Source of the DNA: Chloroflexota bacterium
GTDB taxonomy: Bacteria > Chloroflexota > Limnocylindria > Limnocylindrales > CSP1-4
Assembly: GCA_016191425.1 (NCBI GenBank)
Contig: JACPOR010000021.1
Span: 20,312 to 84,311, forward strand
Direction: 5' to 3'
Length of the DNA stretch: 64,000 nucleotides
Below, piece by piece: positions 27,603 to 37,932 of this stretch. The notes under the pieces are model-generated. The model saw nothing but the letters and a program-made list of their open reading frames with translations. It ran no database searches and had not been told where the DNA came from. Within the stretch, counting starts at the first letter, position 1, and each line of letters opens with the position of its first letter. Both the position numbers and the translations under genes were made by a program.

Positions 27603-28958
27603 ATGACCGGCGACGATGTCGTCGCGAAGGCACGCGAGGACGGTGTCCGGCTTGTCCGGTTCCTGTACTGCGACCCTTCCGGGGTCATCCGCGGCAAGAC
27701 CGTCCATGTCGACCGGCTCGCCAACAAGATTCGGGAAGGCGTGGGCCTGACCCGGGCACAGAACGCCGTGAATATGCTCGAGCAGTACGTTCCCCTCGAG
27801 GGCATGGAGCCCGTAGGTGAGATCAGGGTCACCCCGGACCCGGAGACGTACACGGTCCTGCCCTGGCTGCCCAGGACCGCCGGCATGCTCAGCGATCAGC
27901 TCGGCCACGACGGCCTCGATTGGGGGAGCTGTACCCGGACCTTCCTGAAGCGTGCGATCAGCGCTGCCGAGGAAGCCGGGATCCGCGTCAAAGCCGCCTT
28001 CGAGAACGAGTTCTACCTGGCCGAGGAACTCGACGGCAAGGTCAAGCCGTTCCAGGACGGGCCGGTCTACTCGTCGATCGGCATGGACCGGGTCGCGTAT
28101 GTCATGGACGACATCCTCGATTCGCTCGAATCGCAGGGCCTCGAGGTCGAGCAGTCGATCAACGAATACGGTCCGGGTCAGCAGGAAATCGCGATTCGCT
28201 ACGCCGATGCCCTGCAGGCTGCCGACAATCAGATCAAGTTCCGGGACGCGGTTCGAGGAACCGCTGAGGTGCAGCACGGGCTCATAGCCTCCTTCGCGGC
28301 CAAGCCGTTCGCCGATGGCGTGGGTTCCGGTGCCCACATTCACTTCAGCCTCTGGTCGCTCGACGAGAGCACGAACCTCATGTACGACGCATCGGCCGGC
28401 GATCGATTGCTGTCTGAAACGGGCCGGCAGTTCGTGGCCGGCGTCCTTGACCATCTGCCAGCCCTGGTGGCGCTGACCTGCCCCAGCTACAACTCGTACG
28501 AGCGCCTCCAGCCGCGCGCGTGGGCCGGGTCGACGGTTTCGTGGGGTCCGGACAATCGGGAGTGCGCGGTCAGGATCGCATCGCCATTCCGGGGCCGCGA
28601 AGCCGAGTCGACCAACGCGGAGCTCAAGGCGTGCGACCCCTCCTGCAACCCGTACCTCGCGCTCGGCGGGCTCATCCTCGCCGGCCTTGACGGCGTCCTT
28701 CGAGGTCTGGTGCCGCCACAGCCGGCCCTCAGGGACCCCGCGGCGATGACCGATGTCGAACGCGCTCGGTGCGGGATTCAGCCGCTGCCGAGCACGCTGC
28801 GGATGGCGCTTGCCAACCTTCAAGTGGACGATGTGCTCCACTCAGGGCTTGGTGACCTCCTCGCCCGGTGCATCATCGCGGTGCGCACCTCGGAGAGCGA
28901 GGCGCTCGAGGCCATGTCGGCGGAGGATGCGCGGCGAGCACACCTCCGGGTTTTCTGA
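27603..28958 (+). CDS. glutamine synthetase-family (GSI-like, gamma-glutamyl ligase type) protein
   Basis: ATG 27603 follows GGGAGG. VRLVRFLYCDPSGVIRGK (beta-grasp), FENEFYL, NEYGPGQQEI, GSGAHIHFSL, SYERL, NAELKACDPSCNPYL. Confidence 0.85.
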   Translation: MTGDDVVAKAREDGVRLVRFLYCDPSGVIRGKTVHVDRLANKIREGVGLTRAQNAVNMLEQYVPLEGMEPVGEIRVTPDPETYTVLPWLPRTAGMLSDQLGHDGLDWGSCTRTFLKRAISAAEEAGIRVKAAFENEFYLAEELDGKVKPFQDGPVYSSIGMDRVAYVMDDILDSLESQGLEVEQSINEYGPGQQEIAIRYADALQAADNQIKFRDAVRGTAEVQHGLIASFAAKPFADGVGSGAHIHFSLWSLDESTNLMYDASAGDRLLSETGRQFVAGVLDHLPALVALTCPSYNSYERLQPRAWAGSTVSWGPDNRECAVRIASPFRGREAESTNAELKACDPSCNPYLALGGLILAGLDGVLRGLVPPQPALRDPAAMTDVERARCGIQPLPSTLRMALANLQVDDVLHSGLGDLLARCIIAVRTSESEALEAMSAEDARRAHLRVF

Positions 28959-29005
28959 GAGGCGGCCCCGCCCCGACCCTCGCAACCCGGACAAGGAGGA
29001 GACCG

Positions 29006-29701
29006 ATGATCGGCAGCATGCGCGTCGTGGACCTGACGCAACCACTTTCCTCGGATGTCGTGATGTGGCCTGGCGCACCTGCGCCGACCGCCGAGGTCGT
29101 CCTGACTGTCGCCCACGACGGTTTCTACAACCGGCGCATCTCATTCATGGAGCACTCGGGCACGCACTTCGACGCTCCCTGCCACATGGTGGACGGCGCC
29201 ACGCCTCTCCATGCCATTGACCCGGATACATTGGTCCGCCAGGCCGTGATGATCGACATCAGCGGCTCGGTGGGGGACAACGCCGACGGGGAGTTGACCT
29301 TGGCCCATGTTCGCGACTTCGAGACGGCGAACGGCCGGATTCCGGACGGGTCCATCGTCCTCCTTCGGACCGGTTGGGAGCAGCGCAACCAGGATGCCGC
29401 GCGGTATGCCGGAACGCCCGGGCCACTCCGATTCCCCGGGTATGGCGCCGAGGCTGCGCGTCTCCTCGTCGATGAACGCCATGTGGTCGGGCTCGGCATC
29501 GATACCCTCGGGATCGACCGCGGCAGCGCGACGGACTTTCCCGTTCATCGACAGATCAGCCACCCCAGGGGGGTGTGGCATCTCGAGGGATTGACGAACC
29601 TGGCGTCTCTGCCGAGGACGGGTATCTGGCTGTTCGTCGGCGTCCTCAATCTCCTCGATGGTTCTGGAAGCCCAGCCCGTGTCCTCGCTCTCGTCCCGTA
29701 G
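29006..29701 (+). CDS. cyclase-family protein (kynurenine formamidase-like)
   Basis: AAGGAGG RBS. HSGTHFDAPCH (HxGTHxDxPxH) metal motif and GIDTLGID. Confidence 0.8.
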   Translation: MIGSMRVVDLTQPLSSDVVMWPGAPAPTAEVVLTVAHDGFYNRRISFMEHSGTHFDAPCHMVDGATPLHAIDPDTLVRQAVMIDISGSVGDNADGELTLAHVRDFETANGRIPDGSIVLLRTGWEQRNQDAARYAGTPGPLRFPGYGAEAARLLVDERHVVGLGIDTLGIDRGSATDFPVHRQISHPRGVWHLEGLTNLASLPRTGIWLFVGVLNLLDGSGSPARVLALVP

Positions 29702-30719
29702 CGCGGTCGCGGACGGCCCATCCCAGGAGGTCAACGACACGCAGGTCGGGATCGCGATCCGGCGATGGTGCGCGCCGCTCCTCGGCCTGCCCATGGGGAC
29801 ATCCGCCGACGAGTACCTGTCACGCCGACGTGAGATCTCCAATGAGGATGCGGCTGCGATCTTCCTCCCGGCAGCCGGATTCGGCCAGCTGCTGGTCGAT
29901 ACTGGCTATCAGTCGGATCGTCTCATCGCCAATGAAGCGCTCTCCGCGCTCGCCGGCGTGCCGGTCCGACCGATCGTTCGCCTCGAGGCGCTTGCCGAAT
30001 CGGTGGCGCGATCCGGACCAACCGCAGTCGGGTTCGGGTCCGCGTTCCAGGACGCCCTTGGCGCACAGCTCGTCGATGCGGTCGGCCTCAAGTCGATCAT
30101 CGCCTATCGATTCGGCCTTGACTTCGATCCTGTCCCGCCGGGCGCGGACGAGGTCGTGGCCCATGCGGGCGCCTGGCTGCGATCGATTGAGTCATCGGGT
30201 GCCGTTCGACTGGAAGATCCGGTCCTCCTGCGCCACGTGCTCTGGACCGGAGCCCGCACCGGCTTGCCGCTCCAGGTGCATGCCGGCTATGGCGATACCG
30301 ACCTCGACCTGCATCGATCGGATCCACTCCTCATGACCGGCTTCCTGCGGGCCACGGAGCAGGTCTGCCCGGTACTCCTGTTGCATAACTACCCCTTCCA
30401 CCGCAACGCCGGGTACCTTGCCCAGATGTTTGCCCATGTGTACCTCGATGTCGGGCTCGCCGTGAACTACACCGGGGCCCAGAGTCGCCAGGTGATCGCC
30501 GAGAGCCTCGAGCTCGCGCCGTTCACCAAGATCCTCTTCTCGTCGGACGCATGGGGGGCTCCGGAGCTTCATCTCCTGGGAAGCTGGCTCTTCCGTCGGG
30601 GCATGGCCCGTGTGGTCGGCGGATGGGTGGCAAGTGGGGATTGGTCGAGCGCCGATGCCCAGAGAACGATCAGCCTCATCGCCGGACAAAACGCACGGCG
30701 GGTGTACGCCATCGACTGA
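29658..30719 (+). CDS. amidohydrolase_2-type protein resembling the N-terminal domain of FluG/NodGS
   Basis: LKSIIAYRFGLD, LPLQVHAGYGDTDLDLHRSDPLL, VLLLHNYPFHRNAGYLAQMFAHVYLDVG, KILFSSDAWGAPE match the FluG-N pattern recalled from memory. The start is uncertain (44-nt overlap with the cyclase gene). Confidence 0.7.
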   Translation: MVLEAQPVSSLSSRSAVADGPSQEVNDTQVGIAIRRWCAPLLGLPMGTSADEYLSRRREISNEDAAAIFLPAAGFGQLLVDTGYQSDRLIANEALSALAGVPVRPIVRLEALAESVARSGPTAVGFGSAFQDALGAQLVDAVGLKSIIAYRFGLDFDPVPPGADEVVAHAGAWLRSIESSGAVRLEDPVLLRHVLWTGARTGLPLQVHAGYGDTDLDLHRSDPLLMTGFLRATEQVCPVLLLHNYPFHRNAGYLAQMFAHVYLDVGLAVNYTGAQSRQVIAESLELAPFTKILFSSDAWGAPELHLLGSWLFRRGMARVVGGWVASGDWSSADAQRTISLIAGQNARRVYAID

Positions 30720-30896
30720 ACGGACACGGTCCGACCGGAACGAAGGGATTCACCTAGGCGTAACCCAGGTGCGTATGGCGCATGGAGTGGCTCCGGGACG
30801 CGTCGGCCCGGATCAGCGCTGGCTCGTGCGGTACTCTCGTGTTGCGTGCACCCACCTGGAGGTTGTCATGGTTGTGTTCGTCTGGAGGAAGGAAAC

Positions 30897-32069
30897 ATGA
30901 AGCGGAGACTCGGGGCGGTCATCGCCGCGGCCAGCATCACGCTGACAGCGTGTGGCGGGGGGACCGGCAGCACTGGGGACAAGATCAAGATCGGTGGCGG
31001 ATTCGCGCTGACGGGCGACGAATCTGCCCTCGACCTGCCGGCAGCCAATGGTGCCAAGCTGGCGGTCAAGGAGATCAATGCGGCAGGGGGCGTGCTGGGC
31101 AAGCAGATCGATTTCATCGTCCGTGACAGCCAGTACAAGATGGATGTCACAGCCCAGACAGCGAAGCAGTTCATTGAAGAGGACAAGATCCAGGCGATGA
31201 TCGGCTACACGGACACGGATTCCGTGCTTGCCGCCGGGCCGACCATTCAGGCGGCCGGCATCCCGTTCATCACCGTCGGCGCCACATCACCGAAGATTCC
31301 GGCACAGGTTGGCGACATGATGTTCCTCGCGGCCTTCGGCGACAACGTCCAGGCCGCCGCGGGTGCTGAATACTCGCTCGGCAAGTTCGGCAAGAACGCG
31401 TACCTCCTGTGGGACAAGGGCGTCGAGTACACGACGCTGCTGGGCGCCTACTTCAAGGCTCGATTCGTCGAGGCCGGTGGGACCATCGCCCTCGAGGATT
31501 CGTACGACGACAAGGCCACCGACTTCTCGGCGCAGATCGCAAAGATCAAGGCGCTCTCGCCACAGCCGGACTTCTACTACATCGCCGCCATGCCGTACAA
31601 CATCGGGCCGCTCGCCAAGCAGCTGCGTGACGCGGGTATCACCGGCCCGATCGTCGGCGGTGACGGCTATGACACTCCAGACCTTGTCAGCGTCGCCGGC
31701 ACGGCCGCTAACAACGTGTTCTTCACGACCCACGCCCTGATGGATGCGACCGGCGGGACGGACGGGATCAAGAAGTTCATCGCGGCCTACAACGCCGAGT
31801 ACAGCCGCGATCCAGAGAACGCGTTCGCGGGCCTTGGCTACGACTCGGTCTACCTACTTGTCGACGCGATCAAGCGTGCTGGATCGATGGATCCCAAGGC
31901 CCTGAAGTCGGCGCTCGAGTCGACCAAGGGTTTCCCGGGAATCACCGGCGCGATCACGTTCTCCGCGGACGCGCATGTTCCGCAAAAGGGCGTGACGATC
32001 ATCGAGGTGAAGGACCAGAAGTTCACGCTGGCCGCGGAGGTCGTGCCCGAGAAGGTCCCAGCCCCATAG
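30897..32069 (+). CDS. branched-chain-amino-acid-type ABC substrate-binding lipoprotein (Peripla_BP_6)
   Basis: GGAGGAAGG RBS. Lipobox ITLTACGG. The overall pattern is LivJ/LivK-like. Confidence 0.85.
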   Translation: MKRRLGAVIAAASITLTACGGGTGSTGDKIKIGGGFALTGDESALDLPAANGAKLAVKEINAAGGVLGKQIDFIVRDSQYKMDVTAQTAKQFIEEDKIQAMIGYTDTDSVLAAGPTIQAAGIPFITVGATSPKIPAQVGDMMFLAAFGDNVQAAAGAEYSLGKFGKNAYLLWDKGVEYTTLLGAYFKARFVEAGGTIALEDSYDDKATDFSAQIAKIKALSPQPDFYYIAAMPYNIGPLAKQLRDAGITGPIVGGDGYDTPDLVSVAGTAANNVFFTTHALMDATGGTDGIKKFIAAYNAEYSRDPENAFAGLGYDSVYLLVDAIKRAGSMDPKALKSALESTKGFPGITGAITFSADAHVPQKGVTIIEVKDQKFTLAAEVVPEKVPAP

Positions 32070-32108
32070 GCGTCGGGCGACAAATCGCTCGGACTCGGCC
32101 TCAGGAAG

Positions 32109-32140
32109 ACCGCCCTCGACTTCGCCGGGGGCGGTTTCGT
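32109..32140. terminator. candidate bidirectional hairpin terminator between convergent livJ-like and livM-like genes
   Basis: accgccc-N13-gggcggt followed by tttcgtt. The 3' arm plus T-tract is tandemly duplicated (cgacttcgccgggggcggttt x2). Confidence 0.4.
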
Positions 32141-32265
32141 TCCTACGACTTCGCCGGGGGCGGTTTGATTCCTGGCTTCCTGCACCGCCAGAGGAAGACA
32201 GCGAAAGCCTGACCGCCGCAGGCCGGTCTGCAGCGGTCTCCGGGTCCGAATGCGTCGGGAACCAG

Positions 32266-33333
32266 TCAACCCCGTCGTGAGGGTTCTGCATCGGGACGCC
32301 CGCGACGCCACCGCGGTCGCCACCCCAACACTCGATCCAGATCCACCTCGCGCTGACCCATGATCCCGCTGGGTCGGAAGATGATCACGGCGATGAAGAA
32401 TACGGCCAGCAAGATCCCGCCGAGACCGTAGAGGAGGGTTGCCCCCTCGATCCGGCGTAGGGCTTCGGCAAGTGCCAGTACGAGCGCCGTTCCAATGACC
32501 GCGCCGCTCACCGAGCCCATCCCGCCCACCACGAGCATGGTGATGACCCTGAACGTCAGATCGAAGTAGAAGACGGTCGGGGAGAACGACGTGATGAAAT
32601 GCGCGTACAGGGATCCGGCAATCGCGCTGAGGAACGCGCCCGCCACGAAGGCGATGAGTCTGGGCCGGAGGATGGAGATACCGATGGACCGGGCGGCCCA
32701 GCGGTCGGCCTTCTGGGCGAACATCGCTCGGCCAAGTCCGGAGAACTTCACGCGCCAGGCCACGTAGATCGCGATGACCGCCCAGCCCCACGCCCACCAC
32801 AGGTTCGTGTATGGCGTCACGTTCGAGAAGGTGCGCGATCCGCGGGTAATGTCGTCGGCATTGAAGAGGACGACCCGGACAATCACCAGGAAGCCCAGCG
32901 TGGCTACGGCGACAAAGTGCCCCGACAGCCGCATCAGCACTGCGCCGACCAGGCCCGCCACGACCATGGCGACCAGGCCGGCAACGAGCGTGGCGGCGAA
33001 GAACCCGACGGGCAGCGGTCCGACCGCGACGTCCAGGTGGATACCCGCCAGCCAGCCGGGCAGGTTGGGGAGATATTCCGACTTGGTCGCCAGTGGCAGC
33101 GTCAGGATCGCCGACGTATAGGCACCGATGGCCATGAACCCGATGTGACCCAGCGAGAAGACACCGGTGAAGCCGCTCGCCATGTTCAGGGCCTGAACGA
33201 GGATGATGAAGATCGCGAAGTTGATCGCGAGCCCTTGCCAGAACGCAAGTCCGGACAGCTGCAGCAGGGCCAGGGTGCCACTCGCGGCCAGGAGCAGAAC
33301 GAGGGTTCGGCGCGGGATCCGCAGTGCGCTCAC
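32266..33333 (-). CDS. branched-chain amino acid ABC transporter permease (LivM-type)
   Basis: 355 aa, multi-TM. FTGVFSLGHIGFMAIGAY is typical of LivM. Confidence 0.85.
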   Translation of the reverse strand: MSALRIPRRTLVLLLAASGTLALLQLSGLAFWQGLAINFAIFIILVQALNMASGFTGVFSLGHIGFMAIGAYTSAILTLPLATKSEYLPNLPGWLAGIHLDVAVGPLPVGFFAATLVAGLVAMVVAGLVGAVLMRLSGHFVAVATLGFLVIVRVVLFNADDITRGSRTFSNVTPYTNLWWAWGWAVIAIYVAWRVKFSGLGRAMFAQKADRWAARSIGISILRPRLIAFVAGAFLSAIAGSLYAHFITSFSPTVFYFDLTFRVITMLVVGGMGSVSGAVIGTALVLALAEALRRIEGATLLYGLGGILLAVFFIAVIIFRPSGIMGQREVDLDRVLGWRPRWRRGRPDAEPSRRG

Positions 33334-34304
33334 GGAACATCCTCCCTCGCGCCGCCGCCCAGGATCCCGTTTGGGCGGAAGAGGAGCATCAGGATCAGGA
33401 ACAGGAACACGATCGCGTCCCTGTAGCTGCCGAGAGCGCTCGGGAAGATTGTGCGGAGGAGATCGTCGATCTCCGGTGACACGGCCCCTACGGGGAGGAT
33501 GTCCGCGATGCCCCCGAGCGCAGTCGGGATCACTTCGAGGAATCCGAGCGCGTACGCGCCAACGACGGCGCCCGGGATGCTGCCAAATCCGCCGATTACC
33601 GCGGCGATGAACGCCTTCAGGACCGGGGTGAATCCAAGGTATGGATTGATCTGGCCCGCCTGGGATGCGTAGAGCAGCCCGGCGACCGAAGCGAGCGCCG
33701 CCGACAGGGCAAAGGCTGCGGCCACGACCCGGTTGATCCTGATCCCGACCAGTTGCGCGGCCGGGAGGTCGTCGGCCGCGGCGTGCATCGAGAGGCCCGT
33801 TCGGGTTCGCGTCAGGAAGAGCATCACGCCGACGAGGATGACCATGCCGCTCCCGAAGCCGACGACATTCACCTTGGGGATGGTCACCCTGCCGATTGCC
33901 ACGACTCCTTGGAGGACATCCGGGGTCGGAAAGGCAATCTGGATCGGCTGGCTCGCGAGGCGTGTCAGGAGAAGCGTCCCATTCTGGAGGATCTGGCCCA
34001 CCGCGAACGACGTCAGGAGCATCGCGACTTCCGGCCCGCCCCTGATCGGCCGGTAGGCGATGCGTTCGATGGCCAGGCCGATCAGCACCGTGCCACCCAC
34101 CATGATCCCGAGCGCCACCGGCAGCGGCAGGCCGGCGAACAGCGAGAACGCGGCGAGGTAGGCCGCGACCATCATCACGTCGCCATGAGCGAAGTTGATG
34201 AGGCGCAGGATTCCGAAGATCAACGCGAGCCCGACCGCCATGAGAGCGTAGAGGCTCCCCGCGCTCAGCGCGTTGACGATCTGCTGGATGACATAGACGT
34301 CCAT
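33330..34304 (-). CDS. branched-chain amino acid ABC transporter permease (LivH-type)
   Basis: The start is trimmed to ATG 34304 (MDVYVIQQIVNALSAGSLYALMAVGLALIFG..INFAHGD), just after the livF-like stop. Confidence 0.85.
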   Translation of the reverse strand: MDVYVIQQIVNALSAGSLYALMAVGLALIFGILRLINFAHGDVMMVAAYLAAFSLFAGLPLPVALGIMVGGTVLIGLAIERIAYRPIRGGPEVAMLLTSFAVGQILQNGTLLLTRLASQPIQIAFPTPDVLQGVVAIGRVTIPKVNVVGFGSGMVILVGVMLFLTRTRTGLSMHAAADDLPAAQLVGIRINRVVAAAFALSAALASVAGLLYASQAGQINPYLGFTPVLKAFIAAVIGGFGSIPGAVVGAYALGFLEVIPTALGGIADILPVGAVSPEIDDLLRTIFPSALGSYRDAIVFLFLILMLLFRPNGILGGGAREDVP

Positions 34305-34305
34305 G

Positions 34306-35007
34306 TCAGCGACCCAGGTAGGAGTGTTCGACCTCGGGGTCGTGCCGAAGCATGTCTGCGGGCCCCTCGAGGGTGATCGTGCCGGTTTCCAGGACGTAGG
34401 CCCGGTCGGCCGAATCGAGGGCATGGTGCACGTTCTGCTCCACCAGGAGCATCGTCAGGCCGCGATCTTTGAGGCCGTCGATGACCTCGAAGATTCGCTC
34501 GACCATCAGTGGGGCCAGGCCGAGCGACGGCTCATCCAGGATGAGCAGGCGCGGTCGGCTCATGAGGGCCCGTCCGATCGCGAGCATCTGCTGCTCCCCG
34601 CCAGACAGCGTGCCGGCAACCTGGCCCATGCGTTCGCCGAGGCGAGGGAACAGCTCCGTGGTGCTGGCGAGGTCGCTTCGCACCTCGGACATCGGTCGCG
34701 TGATCCCACCCAGCAGGAGGTTTTCGCGGACCGTAAGTCGGGCGAAGACCCGCCGTCCCTCGGGACACTGCGAGATCCCCAGGCTGACGATCCGGTCCGT
34801 TGAAGCGCGTGAGATGTCCTCCCCCTCGAACAGGATTCGCCCGCTGGTGGGGCGGAGCAGGCCGGAAATCGCCTTGAGTGTGGTCGACTTCCCGGCGCCA
34901 TTCGAGCCGATGAGGGCGACGAGTTCGCCCGATTCGACACGCATGGAAATCCCCCGAAGGGCCCGGATGTTGCCGTACGCAACGTGGAGGTCGACGAGCT
35001 CAAGCAT
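34306..35007 (-). CDS. ABC transporter ATP-binding protein (LivF-type)
   Basis: GSNGAGKST, LSGGEQQMLAIGRAL, LILDEPSLGLAP. Confidence 0.9.
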   Translation of the reverse strand: MLELVDLHVAYGNIRALRGISMRVESGELVALIGSNGAGKSTTLKAISGLLRPTSGRILFEGEDISRASTDRIVSLGISQCPEGRRVFARLTVRENLLLGGITRPMSEVRSDLASTTELFPRLGERMGQVAGTLSGGEQQMLAIGRALMSRPRLLILDEPSLGLAPLMVERIFEVIDGLKDRGLTMLLVEQNVHHALDSADRAYVLETGTITLEGPADMLRHDPEVEHSYLGR

Positions 35008-35800
35008 CGCTCGCCCGTCCGAGATAGGCGGTGATCACATCGGGGTCGTTCCGGACGGTCGTGGGTGGCCCGTCCGCGATCAATTCCCCGTGGTTGAGGA
35101 CCTGGATCCGGTCGCAAAGGCCCATGACGAGGGGGATGTCGTGAGCAACCAGGATCACGGTGAGGCCCAACTCATCGCGAAGACGCCGAATCAGGTCGAG
35201 GAGCTCGGCCGTTTCGGTCGGGTTCATGCCAGCGTTGGGCTCATCGAGAAGCAGGATCCTCGGGTTGGTTGCGACGGCTCGCGCAATCTCCAGGCGTCGC
35301 TGGTCACCGTAGGGAAGGCTCGAGGCCTGGCGATCCGCCATGGCGCCCAGACCCATGCGATCGAGGATGGGGCGGGCGTGCTCCGTCACGTCGGCTTCGT
35401 TCCGGCGATATGAGGGCGAGGAGATGAGCGTCATTGCGAGACTGATCGGCAGTCGCTGCTGGACGGCGACCTTGACGTTGTCGATGGCCGTCATATCCCC
35501 AAACAACCGAATGTTCTGGAACGTCCTCGCGATGCCGGCCCGCGCGACGTCGTGTGCCGCATGCGCCGTGATGTCGACGCCCCCGAACCGAATCGATCCG
35601 GCCGTTGGCTGCACCATGCCCGAAAGGAGATTGAACAGGGTCGTCTTGCCTGCACCGTTCGGCCCGATGACACCGTGGATCGAGTGGGGCGCAAGCCGAA
35701 GTTCGTACTCCGACAGCGCAACGAGGCCGCTATACCGCTTGGTCAGGCCTTCGACGTCCAGCAACGCCGTCGTCGGATCAGTGACGGCCGATTCCGTCAT
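35000..35800 (-). CDS. ABC transporter ATP-binding protein (LivG-type)
   Basis: GPNGAGKTT, LPYGDQRRLEIARA, LLLDEPNAGM. Confidence 0.9.
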   Translation of the reverse strand: MTESAVTDPTTALLDVEGLTKRYSGLVALSEYELRLAPHSIHGVIGPNGAGKTTLFNLLSGMVQPTAGSIRFGGVDITAHAAHDVARAGIARTFQNIRLFGDMTAIDNVKVAVQQRLPISLAMTLISSPSYRRNEADVTEHARPILDRMGLGAMADRQASSLPYGDQRRLEIARAVATNPRILLLDEPNAGMNPTETAELLDLIRRLRDELGLTVILVAHDIPLVMGLCDRIQVLNHGELIADGPPTTVRNDPDVITAYLGRASDA

Positions 35801-36121
35801 GCCCGCGACCGGCGTTCGTAGGCAGCTGGGTCCGCCACGTCGATCCCTCGTCCATGCCTGCAGCCTCGCTGAAATGGGCGCGGGCTTGCAGGTTGCGGCG
35901 AATGATATGCGGCCGAGCGTGCCGCCCGCGAAGCCCCTCTACGGGCCGCCTTGTCGGCGCATCCACCAGCGAGTGCGACGCGACAGCGGCCGGGAGGCTG
36001 CAGGTCGCCTGGCCACCCCGCCGGATGCCGGGAACGCCACGGAGACCGCCCGCGGCCCAACGACAGCCCGAGGACGAGAGTCACCGGGGCGTCACGGTTG
36101 TCGCGCAGGCTTTGCCGGGCG

Positions 36122-36868
36122 ATGATCGCCCTGATGCCTCGCCGCCCGCCCGCCCCCATCCTCGTCGTGGACGACGATCCGAAGATCGTCGCGCTCGTTC
36201 GCGCGTACCTCGAGCGCGAACGGTTCCGGGTGGTCACGGCGGGCGACGGACGAACGGCCCTGCGGCTCATCGAGGAGGAGATGCCTCGCCTCGTGGTCCT
36301 CGACCTCATGCTGCCGGAAGTGGACGGCATGGCGGTCATCCGGCGAACGCGTGCGATCGGCGACGTGCCGATCCTGGTCCTGTCGGCAAGGACCTCGACG
36401 GGCGACCGTATCCAGGGCCTCGCGGAAGGCGCCGACGACTATCTCCCCAAGCCTTTCTCGCCCGCGGAGCTGGTGGCCCGCATCCGGACGATCCTTCGAC
36501 GTACGGAGCGCGACAGCCGCGATGCCATTCATCCGGACGTCAGATACGTCTCGGGCGATCTCGAGGTTGACGTCGCCCGGCACACGGTCACGGTCGCTGG
36601 ACGCGTGGTGGCGCTGAGCGTGCTCGAGCTGCGTCTGATCACGGCCCTGCTCGCGTCGGATGGGCGGATCCTGAGCCGCGACCAACTCCTCGACGCGATC
36701 CACGGGGTCGGTCAGGCGGAGATCACCGATCGGGCGATCGATGTCTATGTCAAGCGGTTGCGCGAGAAGCTGGGTGATGACCCCGCATCGCCCCGATTCG
36801 TCGCGACCGTGCGCGGAGCGGGGTATCGGGCGGCGGCAGCGGTCCAGCGACTGGATGCGACGCCGTGA
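36122..36868 (+). CDS. OmpR-family response regulator
   Basis: ILVVDDDPKI..VVLDLMLPEVDG..YLPKPF, plus winged helix ..RFVATVRGAGYR. The start is ATG 36122 or 36134. Confidence 0.9.
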   Translation: MIALMPRRPPAPILVVDDDPKIVALVRAYLERERFRVVTAGDGRTALRLIEEEMPRLVVLDLMLPEVDGMAVIRRTRAIGDVPILVLSARTSTGDRIQGLAEGADDYLPKPFSPAELVARIRTILRRTERDSRDAIHPDVRYVSGDLEVDVARHTVTVAGRVVALSVLELRLITALLASDGRILSRDQLLDAIHGVGQAEITDRAIDVYVKRLREKLGDDPASPRFVATVRGAGYRAAAAVQRLDATP

Positions 36869-37932
36869 AGTTCGGACACGGTATCGCGGCGCGCATCGCC
36901 CTCGCGGCACTCACGGTGGCGGCGATCGGGGTGGCGGTCGTCGCGGTGGGGGTCCTGCGGGTTGGGGCCGAGTCGTTCGCCGCGCTCATGGTTGCGGCCG
37001 GCGATACCGTGGAGGACGCCAACGCCATGTTCGATGCCAGCGTCAGCGTCGTCTTCGGGATCGCACTTGCGATCGCCGCGGTCGTGGCCGTCGCGATGGC
37101 GGCGGTTTTCGCCCGGATGATCGCCCGGCCGATTCAGCGGGTCGCTCGCGGCGCTGAACAGGTCGCGGCCGGCGACCTGACTGTACGGGTCCCCGACGGT
37201 GGTCCGCATGAGGTCCAGTCCCTCGCGACGGCGTTCAACACCATGGCCGATCGCCTCGAGGAGCAGGAAATGCTTCGTCGGGAGTTCGTCGTCAACGCAT
37301 CGCACGAGCTCCGCACACCCTTGACGAACCTGCAGGGCTATCTCGAGGCACTGCGGGATGGCGTCCTGCCCCCGGATCCGGCGATCTTCGACTCGCTCCG
37401 CGAGGAGGTGGATCGGTTGGGGCGGCTGGCGGCTTCTCTGGACATCCTGGCCGGTGCCGAGGGCGAGCGGCCACAGCCGACGGCCGTCGACGTGGGCGCC
37501 ATCGTCCGTGCCGCAGCCGAGCTTGCCGCCCCGACCCTGGCCCGCCGGTCCATTGGCCTCCGCGTTGACGCCGCCGGAGGGCTCGTGGTGCAGGCACGGC
37601 AGGATGAACTCGCCCAGGTGATGGCCAACCTGCTCCAGAATGCGGCTCGATACACACCGGCGGGCGGGATGGTCCGGGTCGAGGCTTCAAGCGCTCCCGA
37701 CGGCGTGCTGGTCCGGGTTGCGAATACGGGCTCGCCGATCCCGCCCGACGACCTGCCACGGGTCTGGGAGCGGTTCTACCGGGTCGAGAAGTCCCGGGCG
37801 CGTGATCTCGGCGGTGCCGGCATCGGCCTCGCCATCGTCAGGCGCCTCGTGGAAGATGCCGGCGGGCGTGTCGGCGCGGCCTCCGACGAGGCGATGACGA
37901 CCTTCTGGTTCCGCCTACCGACGTCGCACTGA
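36865..37932 (+). CDS. sensor histidine kinase (2 TM, HAMP, HisKA, HATPase)
   Basis: 4-bp overlap with the regulator gene. H-box SHELRTPLT, N-box LLQNAARYT, G-box GGAGIGLAI. Confidence 0.9.
   Translation: MKFGHGIAARIALAALTVAAIGVAVVAVGVLRVGAESFAALMVAAGDTVEDANAMFDASVSVVFGIALAIAAVVAVAMAAVFARMIARPIQRVARGAEQVAAGDLTVRVPDGGPHEVQSLATAFNTMADRLEEQEMLRREFVVNASHELRTPLTNLQGYLEALRDGVLPPDPAIFDSLREEVDRLGRLAASLDILAGAEGERPQPTAVDVGAIVRAAAELAAPTLARRSIGLRVDAAGGLVVQARQDELAQVMANLLQNAARYTPAGGMVRVEASSAPDGVLVRVANTGSPIPPDDLPRVWERFYRVEKSRARDLGGAGIGLAIVRRLVEDAGGRVGAASDEAMTTFWFRLPTSH

Noticed and set aside
27519-28841. 440-aa minus-strand ORF
   Set aside because: It is antisense to the GS-like gene, which has clear catalytic motifs.
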